Shown here piece by piece: positions 1-12,742 of a DNA stretch of 64,000 nt. The DNA is from Mobula hypostoma (taxonomy: Eukaryota). The position numbers were made by a program, and so were the translations under genes. The notes under the pieces were generated by a model, which was not told the DNA's origin, did not search any database, and was given only the letters and a program-made list of their open reading frames with translations. Positions within the stretch are counted from its first letter, which is position 1; each line of letters starts with the position of its first letter. Location: NCBI RefSeq assembly GCF_963921235.1, contig NC_086097.1:85500001-85564000 (forward strand). Direction: 5' to 3'.

Positions 1-75
1 ATAGGAGATGACAGAAAGCCATGGAAGAAAGGGAAGGGGGAGTAGCACCAGAAGGAGGTGATGGGCAGGACATTA
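1..75 (-). mobile_element. Fragment of Penelope-like element 3' region
   Basis: Purine-rich sequence similar to the in-window Penelope-type copies at ~6655-6730 and ~17895-17970. Confidence 0.4.
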
Positions 76-1349
76 CTAAGGGAGGACGTTAGAATAATGG
101 ATGTTTGTTTTACAAATTCTAACCACTGGAAGCTGTAATGTGACTGACCTGGAAATCTGGCATGGTGGATTTAGTTCAATTTAAGTAAGAATGACATTCA
201 TCTTACTACACTCTGCTGTGATGTGAGCAAAGCTCTCATCGATCAGGCAATAAATAGCATCACAAACAGAAAAGGAAGTAATTTTATTCACAAATTGTTC
301 TTTTATATCAAAAATAAATAACCTTTGGCGGAGGAGGTCATTAATGAATACCTATGTTGATCGTCATTTGATTCTTCATATTTTCAATAGAAATTTTGTC
401 TGCATAACTTGCACTTTCTGCTTTATCCTGCTGTCTTTCAAGAATTAGTTTCTCGAACTGGATGTTGCTGAAATTAATAGCATGCAGTCATATTAAAAAG
501 GTTGGCTTAAAATGATAGAGCTTTGATTTCCTTTGCCTGGATGGTTATACTGAAGAGTTGGATTACAAATTTCTGCTTTCTTCAGACATTGGAAAGTTCA
601 AGTGAAGGACCGCAATGAGATAATAATGAATTAAATTAGGAAGCTGAGATTAAATATCAAGTTTGAAAATAAAAAGACTGCAAATCAATATTAAAGGAGG
701 TGTGTAGTTCAAGAGTCTGAAAAAAGTTTTCGAGACTGAATGAGGGTTATGAGATTTTACTGAAAGGTTTTTTCGTGAGCCACGGGGGTGGTGAAAGGGC
801 AGCAGATAGACCTTTGCTTTGTTCATTTGAAATACAGTTTTTAGGTCTTTTGTTTCAGAGTGCTGACTGACCAAAGTGCATCAGGTTATGAGTTAGAGGC
901 CAGGCAGGATGGTTAGAGGCCACAGAGTGAATGAAGACATTACACTCAAAAGAAAACAGAAATTGTTCAAAGAGCAGAGTGAACAGAAAGTATGGTGACT
1001 TCTTCCAATAAAACCAGGGTGATGCCTTCAGCAGAACAGATAGACATATAAACATTGTGCATAAAACGATCACAGTCACTGAAAGAAAGCAGTATAATCA
1101 GTGAGTCTGCTTGAAAAGAATATTATTCAGTCTTCTTCACTTTGGATTGTTGCAGCATGGTCACATCTTGTGACTTTATTTTTTTATTTCTTTTGCTGGA
1201 GTTGGCAATTATTTACTTTTGAATTAGATATGAGGGTGTGTAAGTGTGGAAGGTTCTTTCTTGGGCTAGAACCAAAACTAGTTCATGTCCTGTCTTCTAT
1301 CTCAATAATTTTCATTTAATTTTTCTTTCTCCCTTTCTTATTGCACAGT

Positions 1350-4300
1350 TAGGGCAGTAGGGGTGCAGGGCAGAATAGCTGAATGCTCCTCTTGTGGGAT
1401 GTTGGAAAGCAGCGAGACCTCCAGTGCTCCTGACAACTGCATGTGCATCCAGCTGAAGCTTCCTTCAGACTGTGTTAAGGAACTGGATGAACTCCAGATT
1501 ATTAGAGAGGCTCAGAGACCGAGCAACAGGACAACAGCAACAGGGAGGTAGTTACACCCAAGGTACAGGACACAGGGTTGACCATCAGGAGGAGGAAACG
1601 GGATAGGCAACCACTTTGGATGCTATTGTGGGGGCGGAGATCAAATGACGCAGCAGAGAAAAGTCACAGCAGTCAGGCCTCTGGCACTGAGTCTGGCAGC
1701 ATGGGGAGAAAGGGTGAGTTGTAGTGATGGGGGATTCATTGGTCAGTGGAACAGACAGGAGGTTTAGTGGATGAGAACAAGATTTCAGAATGGTATGTTG
1801 CCTCCCAGGAGCCAGGGTCAAGTATATCTCAGATCAAGTCCATAGCTTTCTTCAGTGAAAGGGTGAGCAGCCAGAGGGTTGTGGTCCTTGCCAGTACTAA
1901 CGACATGGGTAGGAAGGGTGATGAGGTCTTCCAAAGCGAGTTCAGGGAGTTAGGTCCTACGTTAAAGGACAAGATCTCCAGGGTTGTGATCTCAGGATTG
2001 CTACCTCTGCCACATGCTAGTGAGGCTAGAAATAGGAAGATCATACTGTTTGATACATGGCTAAGGAGGCGGTGCAGCAGGGAGAGCTCGAGAATTTTGG
2101 ATCAATGGGCTCTCTTCCAGGGAAGGTGGGACATGTACAGAAGGGACAGTTTGCACCTGAAACTACAAGGGAACTAATATCATTGGAGGAAGGTTTGCTC
2201 GTGTAGCACAGGGAGGGTAGGGGAGGGGAAAATCTAGAGCTGCAGGGGGATGGGACCCAGAGGAGAGGATGGGGTGATTTTGGGGAAAGATGTTGTTAAG
2301 CCCTCATACAAAGTCAGAAATCAAAAGGCTGAGCATGGTGGGAGTAATGTTCTGAGTTGTGCATGTTTTGATGCAAGGAGTATTGGAGGAAATGTGGATG
2401 AGCTTAGGGCATGGATCAGTATGTGGAATTGTGATATTGTAGCCATTAGTGAGACTTGGTTGCAGGAGGGGAGGACTGACAGCTGGGGTTCCATTGTTTT
2501 GGACATGATCGAGTGGGAGGGTTTAAAAGAGGAGGGGGAGCATTATGAGTTGGGCAAAATGTCACAGCAGTGCTCAGATGGTATAGACTGGAGAGATCAT
2601 CTACTGTATATGGATGGAACTGAGGAATAAGAAAGGGATGGAGATGTTAATGGAATTATATTATACACCGCCAATAGTCTGCGGGATTTAGAGGATCAAA
2701 TCTGTAGACAGATCAAGAAACATAAAGTTGTGATAGTAGTTGATTTTAACTTTCCACATATTGACTGGGACTCTCATATTGTAAAAGGGCTAGATGAGAT
2801 AGATTTTGTTAAATGTGTTCAGGAAAGTTTACTTAATCAATACATAAACGTTCCAACTAGAGAGGTGCAATACTAGATCTCCTATTAGGGAATGAGACAG
2901 GGCAGGTACAGAAGTTTGAACACTTTACATTTAGTGATCATAATGCCATTAGTTTCAAATACTTATGGAGAAGAATAGCTCTGGCCCTTGGGTTGAGATT
3001 CTAAATTGGAGAAAGGCCAATTTTGATGATATCAGAAAGGATTTGGCAAGTGTGGATTAGGACAGGCTGCTTTCTAGCAAAGGTGTACTTGGTAAGAGGG
3101 AGCCTTCAAAAGAGAAATTGAGGATACAGAGTTTGTATGTTCCTGCCAGAATAAAAAGCAAGGATAGCAGGTTTAGGGAACTTTGGTTTTAGGGAGATAC
3201 TGTGGCACTGGTTAAGAAAAAGAATGAGACACACAGCAGATATAGGCAAGAAGCGAATGAGGTATTTAAGGAGTATAGGAAATGTAAGAGAACACTTAAG
3301 AATGAAATCAGAAAGGCTAAAAGAAGGCATAAGGTTCTGTAGCGAACAAGGTGAAGGGGAATCCTAAGGGTTTCTACAGATACACAAAGAACAAAAGGAT
3401 AACAAGGGACAAGATTGGTCCTTTGGAAGGTTGGTGTGGCCATCTATGCATGGAGCCAAAAGAGATGGAGGAGATCTTAAATGGCTTTTTTTTGCATCTG
3501 TATTTACTTGGGAGATGGACATAGTCTATAGAAATGAGGCCAAGCAGCAGTGAAGTCACGTACAGAGGAGGAGGTGTTTGCTGTCTTGAAGCAAATTAGG
3601 GTGTATAAGTCCCCAGGGTCTGACAATGTGTTCTCTCAGACCCTGTGGGAGACTAATACAGAAATTGCAGGGCCTTAGCAGAGGTACTTAAGTTCTTAGC
3701 TGTGGGTGAGGTGCCAGAGGATTGGAGGATAGCGGAATTTGATCCACTGCTTAAGAAATAAGAACTAAGAATAAACCAGGAAATTATCAGGCAATGAGCC
3801 TGTCATCAGTAGTGGGAAAGTTATTGGAAGATATTCTAAGGGAGCAGATATCTAAGTACTGTACTTGGATAGACAGGGACTGATTAGGGATAGCCAGCAT
3901 GGTTTTGTGTGTGGTAGGTGTGTCTAACTAATCCTATAGAGTTTTTCAAGGATGTCACCATGAAAATTGATGAAGGCAAGGCATTAGATGTTGTCTACAT
4001 GGACTTTAGCAAAGCCTTTGACAAAGTCCCGAATGGGTGGTTGGTCCAGAAGGTTCAGTCGCTTGGCAGTCAAGGTGAGGTAGTAAATTGGATCAAACAC
4101 TGACTTCACAGGACAAACCAGAGAGTAAAAGTATATGGTTGCCTCTGACTGGAGGCCTGTGACTAGTGGTGTGCCACAGGGATCAGTGCTGGGTCCATTG
4201 TTATTTGTCATCTATATCAATAATCTGGATGATAACGTGGTAAACTGGATCAGCAAATTTGCGGATGACACCAAGACTGGGAGGATGGTGGACAGCAAGG

Positions 4301-5142
4301 AAGTCTATCAAAGCTTGCAGTGAGATTTGGACCAGCTGGGAAAATAGACTGAAAAATAGCAGATAGAATTTAATGTAGATGAGCGTGAGGTGTTGCCCTT
4401 TGGAATGACAAATGTAGATAGGGCTTACAGGGTGAGCGATAGGGCACTAAGGTGTGCAGGAGGACAGAAGGATCTTGGAATACAGATCCATAATTCTGTA
4501 GTGGTGTCACAGGTAATTAGGGTCATAAAGAAAGCTTTTGGCACATTGACCTCCTTAAATCAAAGTTTTGAGTACAGGGGTTGGGATGTTAAGTTGAAGT
4601 TATATAAGACATGAATGAGGCCTAATTTGGAGTGTCATTCAGTTTTTGTCACCCACCTACAGGAAAGATGTCAATAAAAATGAAAAAATGCAGAGAAAAT
4701 TTATGAGGATAACGCTGTGACTTGAGGGCTTGCATTATAGGAAAAGGTTGAATATGTTTGGACATTATTCCCCAGAACATTTACTATTCTGTGAAAATTT
4801 GATGAAGGTAGACAAAATTATGGGGGGTATGGATTGGGTAAATGCAAACAGAGGTTGAGTGAGACTACAACTAGAGATCATACATTAAGGGTAAAAGATG
4901 AAATGTTTAAATGAGGGGGAATTTCTTAACTCAGATGGTGGTAAGAGTGTGGAACGAGAGGCTGGCAGAAGTTGTGGATGTGGGTTTGATTTCATCATTT
5001 AAGAGAAATCTAGATAGGCACATGAATGGGAGGGATATGGAGGGCTATAATCTAAATGCAGGTTGATTGGACTAGGCACGTTAATAGTTTGGCATGGACT
5101 AGATGGGCCAAGGGGCCTGTTTCTGTGCTGTAGTGTTCTATG
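1350..5142 (+). mobile_element. Degraded near-full-length CR1 LINE (esterase ORF1 + APE/RT ORF2)
   Basis: ORF pieces ECSSCGM (ORF1 N-term), STND...VVISGLLP...SLHL (esterase), ISETWLQ (APE), [24 protein letters not shown]...KFADDTK (RT); CR1 3' end gggcc..ggcctgtttctgtgctgtag..ttctatg at ~5105-5142; many stops and frameshifts. Confidence 0.93.
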
Positions 5143-5694
5143 CCTCGATTCCTAATGAGATATGTGAAATCATAAACCATTGCAACTAAGCCTCACTGGA
5201 AAAAACCCTCCTGAAATCTGCAGTTTTATCAAGGAATTGAAACAAAATTCAGGAAACTTTGTGTTCTGTTGTGTGTTCAATTGCAACTTTCATCACATTC
5301 CCAAGCAATCTAGCTCATCTCAAAATGGTTTCTTGACTTGTGCTTAGTGGTTTACACAGGGACTGTTTATAATGAACAACAAGGCTATGGAGGTCACTGG
5401 AGGTATGGGAAGATGGAATGAGAAGAAAAACGAGGTTTCTTTTCTTGATCCAATTTAAACAGCTTGATTCAAATGACAGCTGTGATGGGATTTGAATTTG
5501 GGTTCCTCAAGTTGAAAGCCGAATGAGAACCTGACACTGATAACAATCCTGTACCAGATTATACAGTAGCAGAATTATCACACACACCAGGACTTGAGTG
5601 GGTTATCTGGATTGAGGGCTCACAACTGCATGCCCTGTACACACCACAGACTGAACACCTATGAAGTAGACATAAAAGATACTTCATCTCTACA

Positions 5695-5955
5695 CCAATG
5701 GGAGCTGCTACCATCCGGGAAACAGTACCGCAGCATAAAAGCCAGGACCAAAAGGGTCCGGGACAGCTTCTTCCACCAGACGATCAGACTGATTAACTCA
5801 CACTGATTTGAGTGTATTTATATGTTACATTGACTGTTCTATTTATTATAAATTTTAAATTACTATCATTGCATATTGCACACTTAGACAGAGATGTAAC
5901 GTTAAGATTTTTACTCCTCATGTATGTGAAGGCTGTAAGAAATAAAGTCAATTCG
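5695..5955 (+). mobile_element. 3' end of Rex1/Babar-like LINE
   Basis: LLPSGKQYRSIKARTKRVRDSFFHQTIRLINS C-terminal motif, 3' UTR ending aataaagtcaattc; similar copy at ~30930-31178. Confidence 0.8.
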
Positions 5956-6397
5956 AAAGTTCTTTGTCACAGACTTGTCTTCAAAACTCAGCATCAAAAG
6001 TCGGTCAACTGGTCATGTGCATCCTTGCTGTTTATGTGACCTTACTATGTATGATGTAGCAGCAGAAACACCTCAAAACTTAACGCAAAGAGTGAGGCAC
6101 CACAGGATGTCCAAGGTGATATAAAATATTACAGTAGATCCAAGTGCTTTCCATATGGATATCACTCAATGTCACCGGGTCTCTATTACAGCCAAGGGAG
6201 CAATGTAATGGAAGCACTAAAGTGGAACGTTTTATGTTGTCTTAACTAGTGGGATAATGAAGGAACTCAACTGCATGGGAGGTAACTAGACTCTTGTGCC
6301 TATAGCAATTGAACTTTTCTTTTTGTGCTGAGTTTGATAGATCTCAACACGTTTGCGAAGAGGAACACTGCTCTGCAAACTGCAATATGCTGATCTT

Positions 6398-6852
6398 AAA
6401 CACAAGAAAGTCTGCAGATTCTGGAAATCGAAAGCAACACACACAAAATGCTGGAGAAACTCAGCGGGTTAGACAGCATCCATGGAAATGAGTAGATAGA
6501 CGACATTTTGGGCAGAGACCCTTCTTCAGGACTGAAAGGATGGAGGAAGATGCCAGAATAAAAAGGTGGGGGGGCGCTATCATAAAGAGGCTAGCTGGAA
6601 GGTGAAAAGTGAATCTAGATGGGTGGGAAAGGTCAAGTACTGGAGAAGAAGGAATCTGATATGAGATGTGAGTGGACCATAGGAGAAAGAAAATGAAGAA
6701 GGGATCCAGGGGAAAGTAATTGGCAGGTGAGAAGAAATAAAAGATCAGAGTGGGGAATAAAAGAAGGGTAGTGGAATTTGTTTATTGGAAGGAGAAATCA
6801 ATATTCATGCCAGATGGAATATAGATAGGTAGAAGGATACCCAGGCAGAATA
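6398..6852 (-). mobile_element. Penelope-like element terminal (pLTR) region, resumes at ~8240-8290 after a Rex insertion
   Basis: Same ctgcaga..ctggaaatc..acacacaaaatgctggag..actcagc terminal repeat that is attached to the Penelope-type RT at 11338-12742. Confidence 0.75.
6496..6534 (-). ncRNA. Decayed minimal type I hammerhead ribozyme motif in PLE pLTR
   Basis: Minus strand CAGTC-CTGAAGA-AGGGTCTCTGCCC-AAAA-TGTC-GTCTA; GAAA box mutated. Confidence 0.5.
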
Positions 6853-6854
6853 CA

Positions 6855-8235
6855 GATAGAGAGATAGATAGATACTTTATTGATCCCAAAAAGAAATTAC
6901 AAGTACACAGATATAAATATTAGAAGAGAAGTAGAAAGAATAAAAAACAAGTTACCTCAAACAGTCTAACAGGAGGGGTCATCACTTCCCCAGCTATAAG
7001 TTGACTCATTATAGAGCCTAATGGCTGAGGGTAAGAATGACTTCATATAGCGCTCCTTGGAGCAGCACAGTTGTCTTAGTCTATTACTGAAAGTGCTCCT
7101 CTGTTCAGCCAAGGTGGCATGCAGAGGGCGAGAAGCACTGTCCAGAATTGCCAAGAATTTCCATAGGGTCCTTTGTTCTACCACAGCCTCCAACGTGTCC
7201 AGTTTGACTCCTATAACAGAGCCAGCCTTTCTTATCAGTTTGTTGAGCCTGTCGGCTGTCACCAGGAGTGAACGTGGCCCAAATGAGGAGTGAGAGACAT
7301 TGAAGCAGGTCGATAGTTCACAGACTTTAATGTGAACAGTGTTAAAGGGAAAAGAAAACAATAAACGCTAGGCCAAACAGAGCTGTTAACTAAAACTCTC
7401 AATTGGAAAACTAAGCCTACACTGCGGCTGAAAAGAACAACTAAATATTAAATGAATACCGCTAGTCTTCAGAGTCAGTTGACTTGACAGTCCAATTTCT
7501 CAAGGAAGGGGGAATGCAAACAGGCAGTGAAGCATTGCTGTGCTGCATCCAAGTATCAACAACTACTACAAAGGAATGAATGGAGTTAAATACTACCACA
7601 ATGAAATAATAATTAGCTGACATGTGCATATTCACAAGCGCAATTGCCATATCTACTGCGCTGCTGAATCCATGGTTGTAACATTGACATTGCCTGTGTT
7701 AATGCCATTGCCCCAGCACAACACCATATAGAAGATTGTACTGGTGACAACAGGCTGGTAGAACATGTGAAGAAGAGGCCTGCATACTCCAAAGAACTCC
7801 AGTCTCCTCAGGAAGTAGAGGTGACTCTGGCCCTTCTTGTACACAGCCTCTGTGTTGGTGCTCCACTTAAGCCTGTCATCCAGGTGTGCCCCCAGGTACT
7901 CATAGGTCCTCATCACATCCACGTCCTCACCATCAATAGTAACAGGGAGCAATGAAGCTTTAATATTCCTAAAGTCCATCACCATCTCCTTTGTCTTACT
8001 GATGTTGAGCTACAGATGATTCAGCTTGCACCATTTGACAAAGTCCTCCACCAGAGCCCTGTGTTCATCCTCCTGTTTTCCCTTTATACACCCAACTATT
8101 GCTGATTCATCAGAGAATTTCTGCAGATGACATGACTCAATATTGTATCTAAAGTCCAAGGTATACAGGGTAAACAGGAAGGGAGCTAATACAGTCCCGT
8201 GTGCTGATTATAGCCATGTCTAACACATAGCTCTA
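6855..8235 (-). mobile_element. 5'-truncated Rex1/Babar-like LINE inserted in the PLE fragment
   Basis: ORFs 7653-7985 (YEYLGAHLDDRLKWSTNTEAVYKKGQSHLYFLRRL) and 6966-7361 (KSFLPSAIRLYN); microsatellite-like tail gatagatagatac at ~6855-6875. Confidence 0.85.
7257..7683 (-). mobile_element. Solo LTR (427 bp) inserted in the Rex element
   Basis: TGTCAC...GTAACA termini, imperfect 5-bp TSD tcggc/ttgac, ATTAAA on the minus strand near its 3' end; interrupts the Rex reading frame; homologous to 37555-38774. Confidence 0.75.
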
Positions 8236-9329
8236 AAGCAATGTTCCTCCTCCACTCTGAGGGTGGCTTCATCTTGGCACGAGAGGACTGATGTTAATCT
8301 CTGTTGTAATAAGTTAGTAAACTAGATTACAATATGATTAATATCCTTTGCTTCTTCAGACTGACAACGATTTATTTTGGAATTCAGTGCAGCATGAATC
8401 CATTTGAGCAAAATAGACAGAAATATCTAGATAAGGTTTCTAAGGTTTATCATTTGCTGTCCAACACTGCCATCATTATGATTAGAGATGTAGGCAGAGT
8501 AATATCTGAAAGATCATCCATGGAAACACACCATAGAGCCTGCAATTGTGCACATTCAATAATCCAGAATGGAACTTAATTAAATTTTAGAGAGTCATTG
8601 ACCAATTAAGATTAATTAACCTCCTAATAAATTTGACATCAGCTCCCGAAGTAATACAAGCAAAGATAATTTCTTTTTCAAAAAGACTGGCAATAATAAA
8701 ATATAGTTGTTTTATACGAGGTGATCTGTTTACACTACAAATGTAAATCAACATGCCAAAATCAGCAAACTGGACTAGAACTTCAATTGCACAAAATTGA
8801 TTTTTTTTGGTATTTTGCAACTGAAAACATTTTTTCCCAGAGTGAAATATGATTATTACCCTTTCTGGAAAGTTTCATCAGGCAATTATTAACATAAACC
8901 ACTAATATGATGTTGGTGTACCATTGCATCATTGTGGGGGTTCCTTGGTTCATATTTTCCTTAGGTTGTCCATAGTTGGGCACTTAAAAGACCCATGAAC
9001 TTACCTGCAAAATACTAGTTAACTTAGCTACACCTTTGCTCCTTTCCCTCATCATTACACTATAACCACAACCACCACATCCCTCCCTAATTTCCAGCAC
9101 TGCACTTTCATCTGAGCTCTTCCTCAGCTCAGTCTGCAAAATCTTTCCTCAATGTGATCCAGTCTCAAAGGACCCTATCTTTCTCAATCACCTCCAGAAA
9201 ATACTCCTAATTCCCTCCCATATCACTCTGATGGCCAACCTTCTCCCAACACCACCCAATCTCTAGAGAAACAAAACTTCGTCCATTTCAATTTTCTCTC
9301 CTCTCCTGCTCCTCTCTGCATCCACCCAA

Positions 9330-9822
9330 CAACCTATAACCATATAAACATATAACAATTACAGCACGAAAGCAGGCCATCTCAGCCCTTCTAGTCCGTG
9401 CCGAACTCTTACTCTCACCTAGTCAAACCGACCTGCACTCAGCCCATAACCCTCCATTCCTTTCCTGTCCATATAGCTATCCAATTTAACTTTAAGTGAC
9501 AACATCGAACCTGCCTCAACCACTTCTGCTGGAAGCTCGTTCCACACAGCTACCATTCTCTGAGTAAAGAAGTTCCCCCTCATGTTACCCCTAAACTTTT
9601 GCCCTTTAACTCTTAACTCATGTCCTCTTGTTTGAATCTCCCCCACTCTCAATGGAAAAAGCTTATCCACGTTAACTCTATCTATCCCCCTCATAATTTT
9701 AAATAAATCTATCAAGTTCCCCCCTCAACCTTCTACGTTCCAAAGAATAAAGACCCAACTTGTTCAACCTTTCTCTGTAACTTAGGAGATGAAACCCAGG
9801 TAACATTCTAGTAAATCTATTA
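9330..9822 (-). mobile_element. CR1 3' end (5'-truncated)
   Basis: ORF 9419-9715 TRGHELRV...RGNFFTQRMVAVWNELP; (ttatatgg)-type tail at ~9335-9360. Confidence 0.9.
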
Positions 9823-9844
9823 TAAGATCATAATATATCATCAT

Positions 9845-10180
9845 CGTCATCACAATGTGCATGGGCAATTATGGTCTTTCCATGACCATGATTGTTCTTG
9901 GCAAATTTTTCAACAGAAGAGGTTTACTATTGCCTTCTTCTGGGCCGTGTCTTTACAAGACAGGTGACCCCAGCCATTATCAATACTCTTCAGAGATTGT
10001 CTGCCTGGTGTCAGCGGCTGGATAACCAGGACCTGTGGAATGCACCAGTTTCTCATATGACCATCCATCCACCATCTGCTCCCATGGCTTCATCTGACCC
10101 TGACTGGGGAGCTAAGCAGGTGCTACACTTTGCCCAAGTGTGACCTGCAGGCTCACGGAGGGAAGGAGTGTCCTACACCT
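9845..10180 (-). mobile_element. Non-autonomous SINE-like repeat (possibly RTE-related)
   Basis: Homologous in opposite orientation to the split copy at ~37495-37554 + 38775-38875; family and strand assignment tentative. Confidence 0.55.
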
Positions 10181-10189
10181 CCACCCTGC

Positions 10190-10495
10190 CACCCTATTAA
10201 GCCCATTGAGTATGGTCCATTGATTATTCATGGCTGAATTTTTTTCCAACACTATTCTCCTGTCTTCTGCTATTATCATCAATCCCTTTACCAGTAAAGT
10301 CTCTGCCTTAAATACATTCAATGATGCCCTCAAAAGCCCTTTGCGACAAGGAATTCCACATATTCACCAAACTCTGGGTGAAGAAGTTCCTTGTCATCTC
10401 AATTTTAAAGGGATATCCCCTTATTCTGAGGCTGTGACCTCAGATCCTGGACTCTCCTACTAATGGAATTAACCTCTACAGATCCACTCCTTCTC
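10190..10495 (-). mobile_element. Old CR1 3' fragment
   Basis: gaattccacatattcaccaaactctgggtgaagaagtt = reverse of the FFTQ(R)VVNMWNSL-type CR1 motif. Confidence 0.65.
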
Positions 10496-11337
10496 ATATT
10501 CCCCAAAACTGTAACTGCCATCCTTTCCCAAATTCCCACAGAAAAATTACTGAACTCCTATCCCTGACGTGTTTCCCCCAAACCAAAATGTAACCCTCTT
10601 GTTCCAGTTCCCCCAGATTTCACAGTCAGTAACCAACTTCCAGTTTGTCTTCCCCACCCCAACCACTGTACAATTGAGGACCTTCTGTTACATGCAAAAC
10701 TGCTGTGATTGAAGAAGACAAAGTCTTGTGCCTCAAATTTATAATGCAGCCATTAGAGTGCACCAGGTTCTCCATTCCCTACCTGTGTAGTGAGCCTCGA
10801 TCCACAGTCTATGGTCAGAATGTTGTGGGGAAGGGTAGTCATCACCGCTCAATGCTTGGAATTGGGGTTTGTGGGTAGGATTAGCGTAACACAGGCTTTT
10901 GGTTGTTTGGGTACTGGGCAGAAAGTAAGGTTAGTAGTTGGAAAGGGATCTGGGATGGAAGATTGTCAGTGAAGTCATACTAAGTTTGCCAGCAAGAAAA
11001 GGGATATGAAATAATGGAACAAATGTTGCTTTATGTTTGTTCATTATTATGCTTGACCATGAGTCCATTATTGAGATGAGGTTTCGGGCCACATGGGCCA
11101 TGAGCCAAAGTCAGCATGGTTTCCTTAAAGGGGAGATCTTGTCTGACATATCTGTTGGAATCCTTTGAGGAAATAACAGCTAGGATAGACAAAGGAGAGT
11201 CAGTGTTTTGTTGTTGACATAGATTTTCAGAAGGCCTTTGACAAACTGCCACACATGTCTGCTTTACAAGACAAAGCCCATGGTACTACAGGGAAGATAC
11301 TAGTTTGGGTAGAAGATTGGCTGAAGAATAAAGAGCA

Positions 11338-12742
11338 AAAGGAAATCTGCAGATGCTGGAAATCCAAGCAACTTACACAAAATGCTGAAGGAACTCAGCA
11401 GGCCAGGCAGCATCTATGGAAATGAGTATAGTTGACATTTCAGATCGAGACCTTTCTTCAGGACTGGAGAAAAAAAAGATGAGAAGTCAGAGTTAGAAGG
11501 TGGGGGGAGGGGAGGAAGGAATACAGGGTAATAGGTGAAATCGGGAAAAGGGAAGGCAGTCTTGATGGTGGAGGAAGGAAAGCCCCTTTCTTTGAAGAAG
11601 GAGGACATCTCCCTCATTCTGGAATGAAAAACCTCATCCTGAGAGCAGACGTGGTGGAAACGGAGGAATTGAGAGAAGGGGATTGCATTTTTAAAAGTTA
11701 GAGGGTGGGAGGAGATATGGTCCAGGTAGTTGTGAGAGTCAGTGGGTTTATACTAGACATCAGTAGATAAGCTGTCTCCACAGTTATAGACAGAGAGATC
11801 AAGAAAGGGGAGGGAAATATCAGAAATGGACCAGGTAAATCTGAGGTCAGGATTGAAGTTGGAGGCAAAGTTGATGAAATCGACGAGCTCCATATAGAAG
11901 CAGGAAGCAACACCAATGCAGTTGTCAATGTAGTGTAGAAGAAGTCGGAGAGTGACACCAGCGTAGGCTCGGAACATAGACTGTTCCACATAGCCGACAA
12001 AAAAGTAGGCTTAGCTGGGACCCATGTGAGTACCCATGGCTACATCTTTTGTTTGAAGGAAGGGGTTGAAGCCAAAGGAGAAATTATTGAGAGTGAGAAC
12101 AAGTTCCACCACATGGAGGAGAGCGGTGGTGGAGGGGAACTGGTTGTGTCTGGTGTCCAGAAATAAATGGAGAGCTTTGAGGCCTTCCTGGTGGGGGATG
12201 GAGGTGTATATGGACAGGACATCCATAATGAAAATAATATGCTCAGGGCCAGGGAACATGAAATCATTAAAAAATCAAGAGCATGTGAAGTGTCGTGGAC
12301 GTAGTTAGGAAGGGACTGAATGTGGGGGGGGGTGATAAAACTGAATCGAGGTATGCAGATATGAGTTCAGTGTGCCAGGAACAAGCAGAAGCAATGGTTC
12401 TACCTGGACAGGCAGGTTTGTGGATCTTGGGTAGGAGGTAGAAATGGGAGGTGCAGGATGAAGGAACTATGAGGTTGATGGCAGTAGATGGGAGATCCCC
12501 AGAGTTAATAAGATCAGTGATAGTGTAGGAGACAATGGCCTGGTGCTCCTTAGTGGGATCCTGTTAAGAGGAATAAATAAGAGGAGGTGTCTGACAGTTG
12601 TTGTTGGGCCTCAGCAAGGTAGAGGTCAGTCCGCCAGACTACTATAGCAACCCCCCCCCCCCTTATCTGTGGGTTTGATGGTGAGATTAGGATTTGTGCA
12701 GAGAGAGTGGGGAGCAGAGTATTTGAAAGGAGTGAGGTGAGG
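11338..12742 (-). mobile_element. Penelope-like retroelement, internally deleted, with RT pseudogene and 3' pLTR
   Basis: Penelope-type RT motifs IFIMDVLSIYTSIPH, LVLTLNNFSF..FLQTKDVAMGTHMGPS, HYIDNCIG, LRFTWSIS..LPFLD, FKERGFP; no GIY-YIG domain seen between RT and terminal repeat. Confidence 0.88.
11429..11466 (-). ncRNA. Decayed minimal type I hammerhead ribozyme motif in PLE pLTR
   Basis: Minus strand CAGTC-CTGAAGA-AAGGTCTCGATCT-GAAA-TGTC-AACTA: CUGANGA and GAAA boxes and GUC retained. Confidence 0.6.

Noticed and set aside
600..1349. Possible long 5' UTR or LTR upstream of the first CR1
   Set aside because: No termini, TSD or in-window homologue could be identified.
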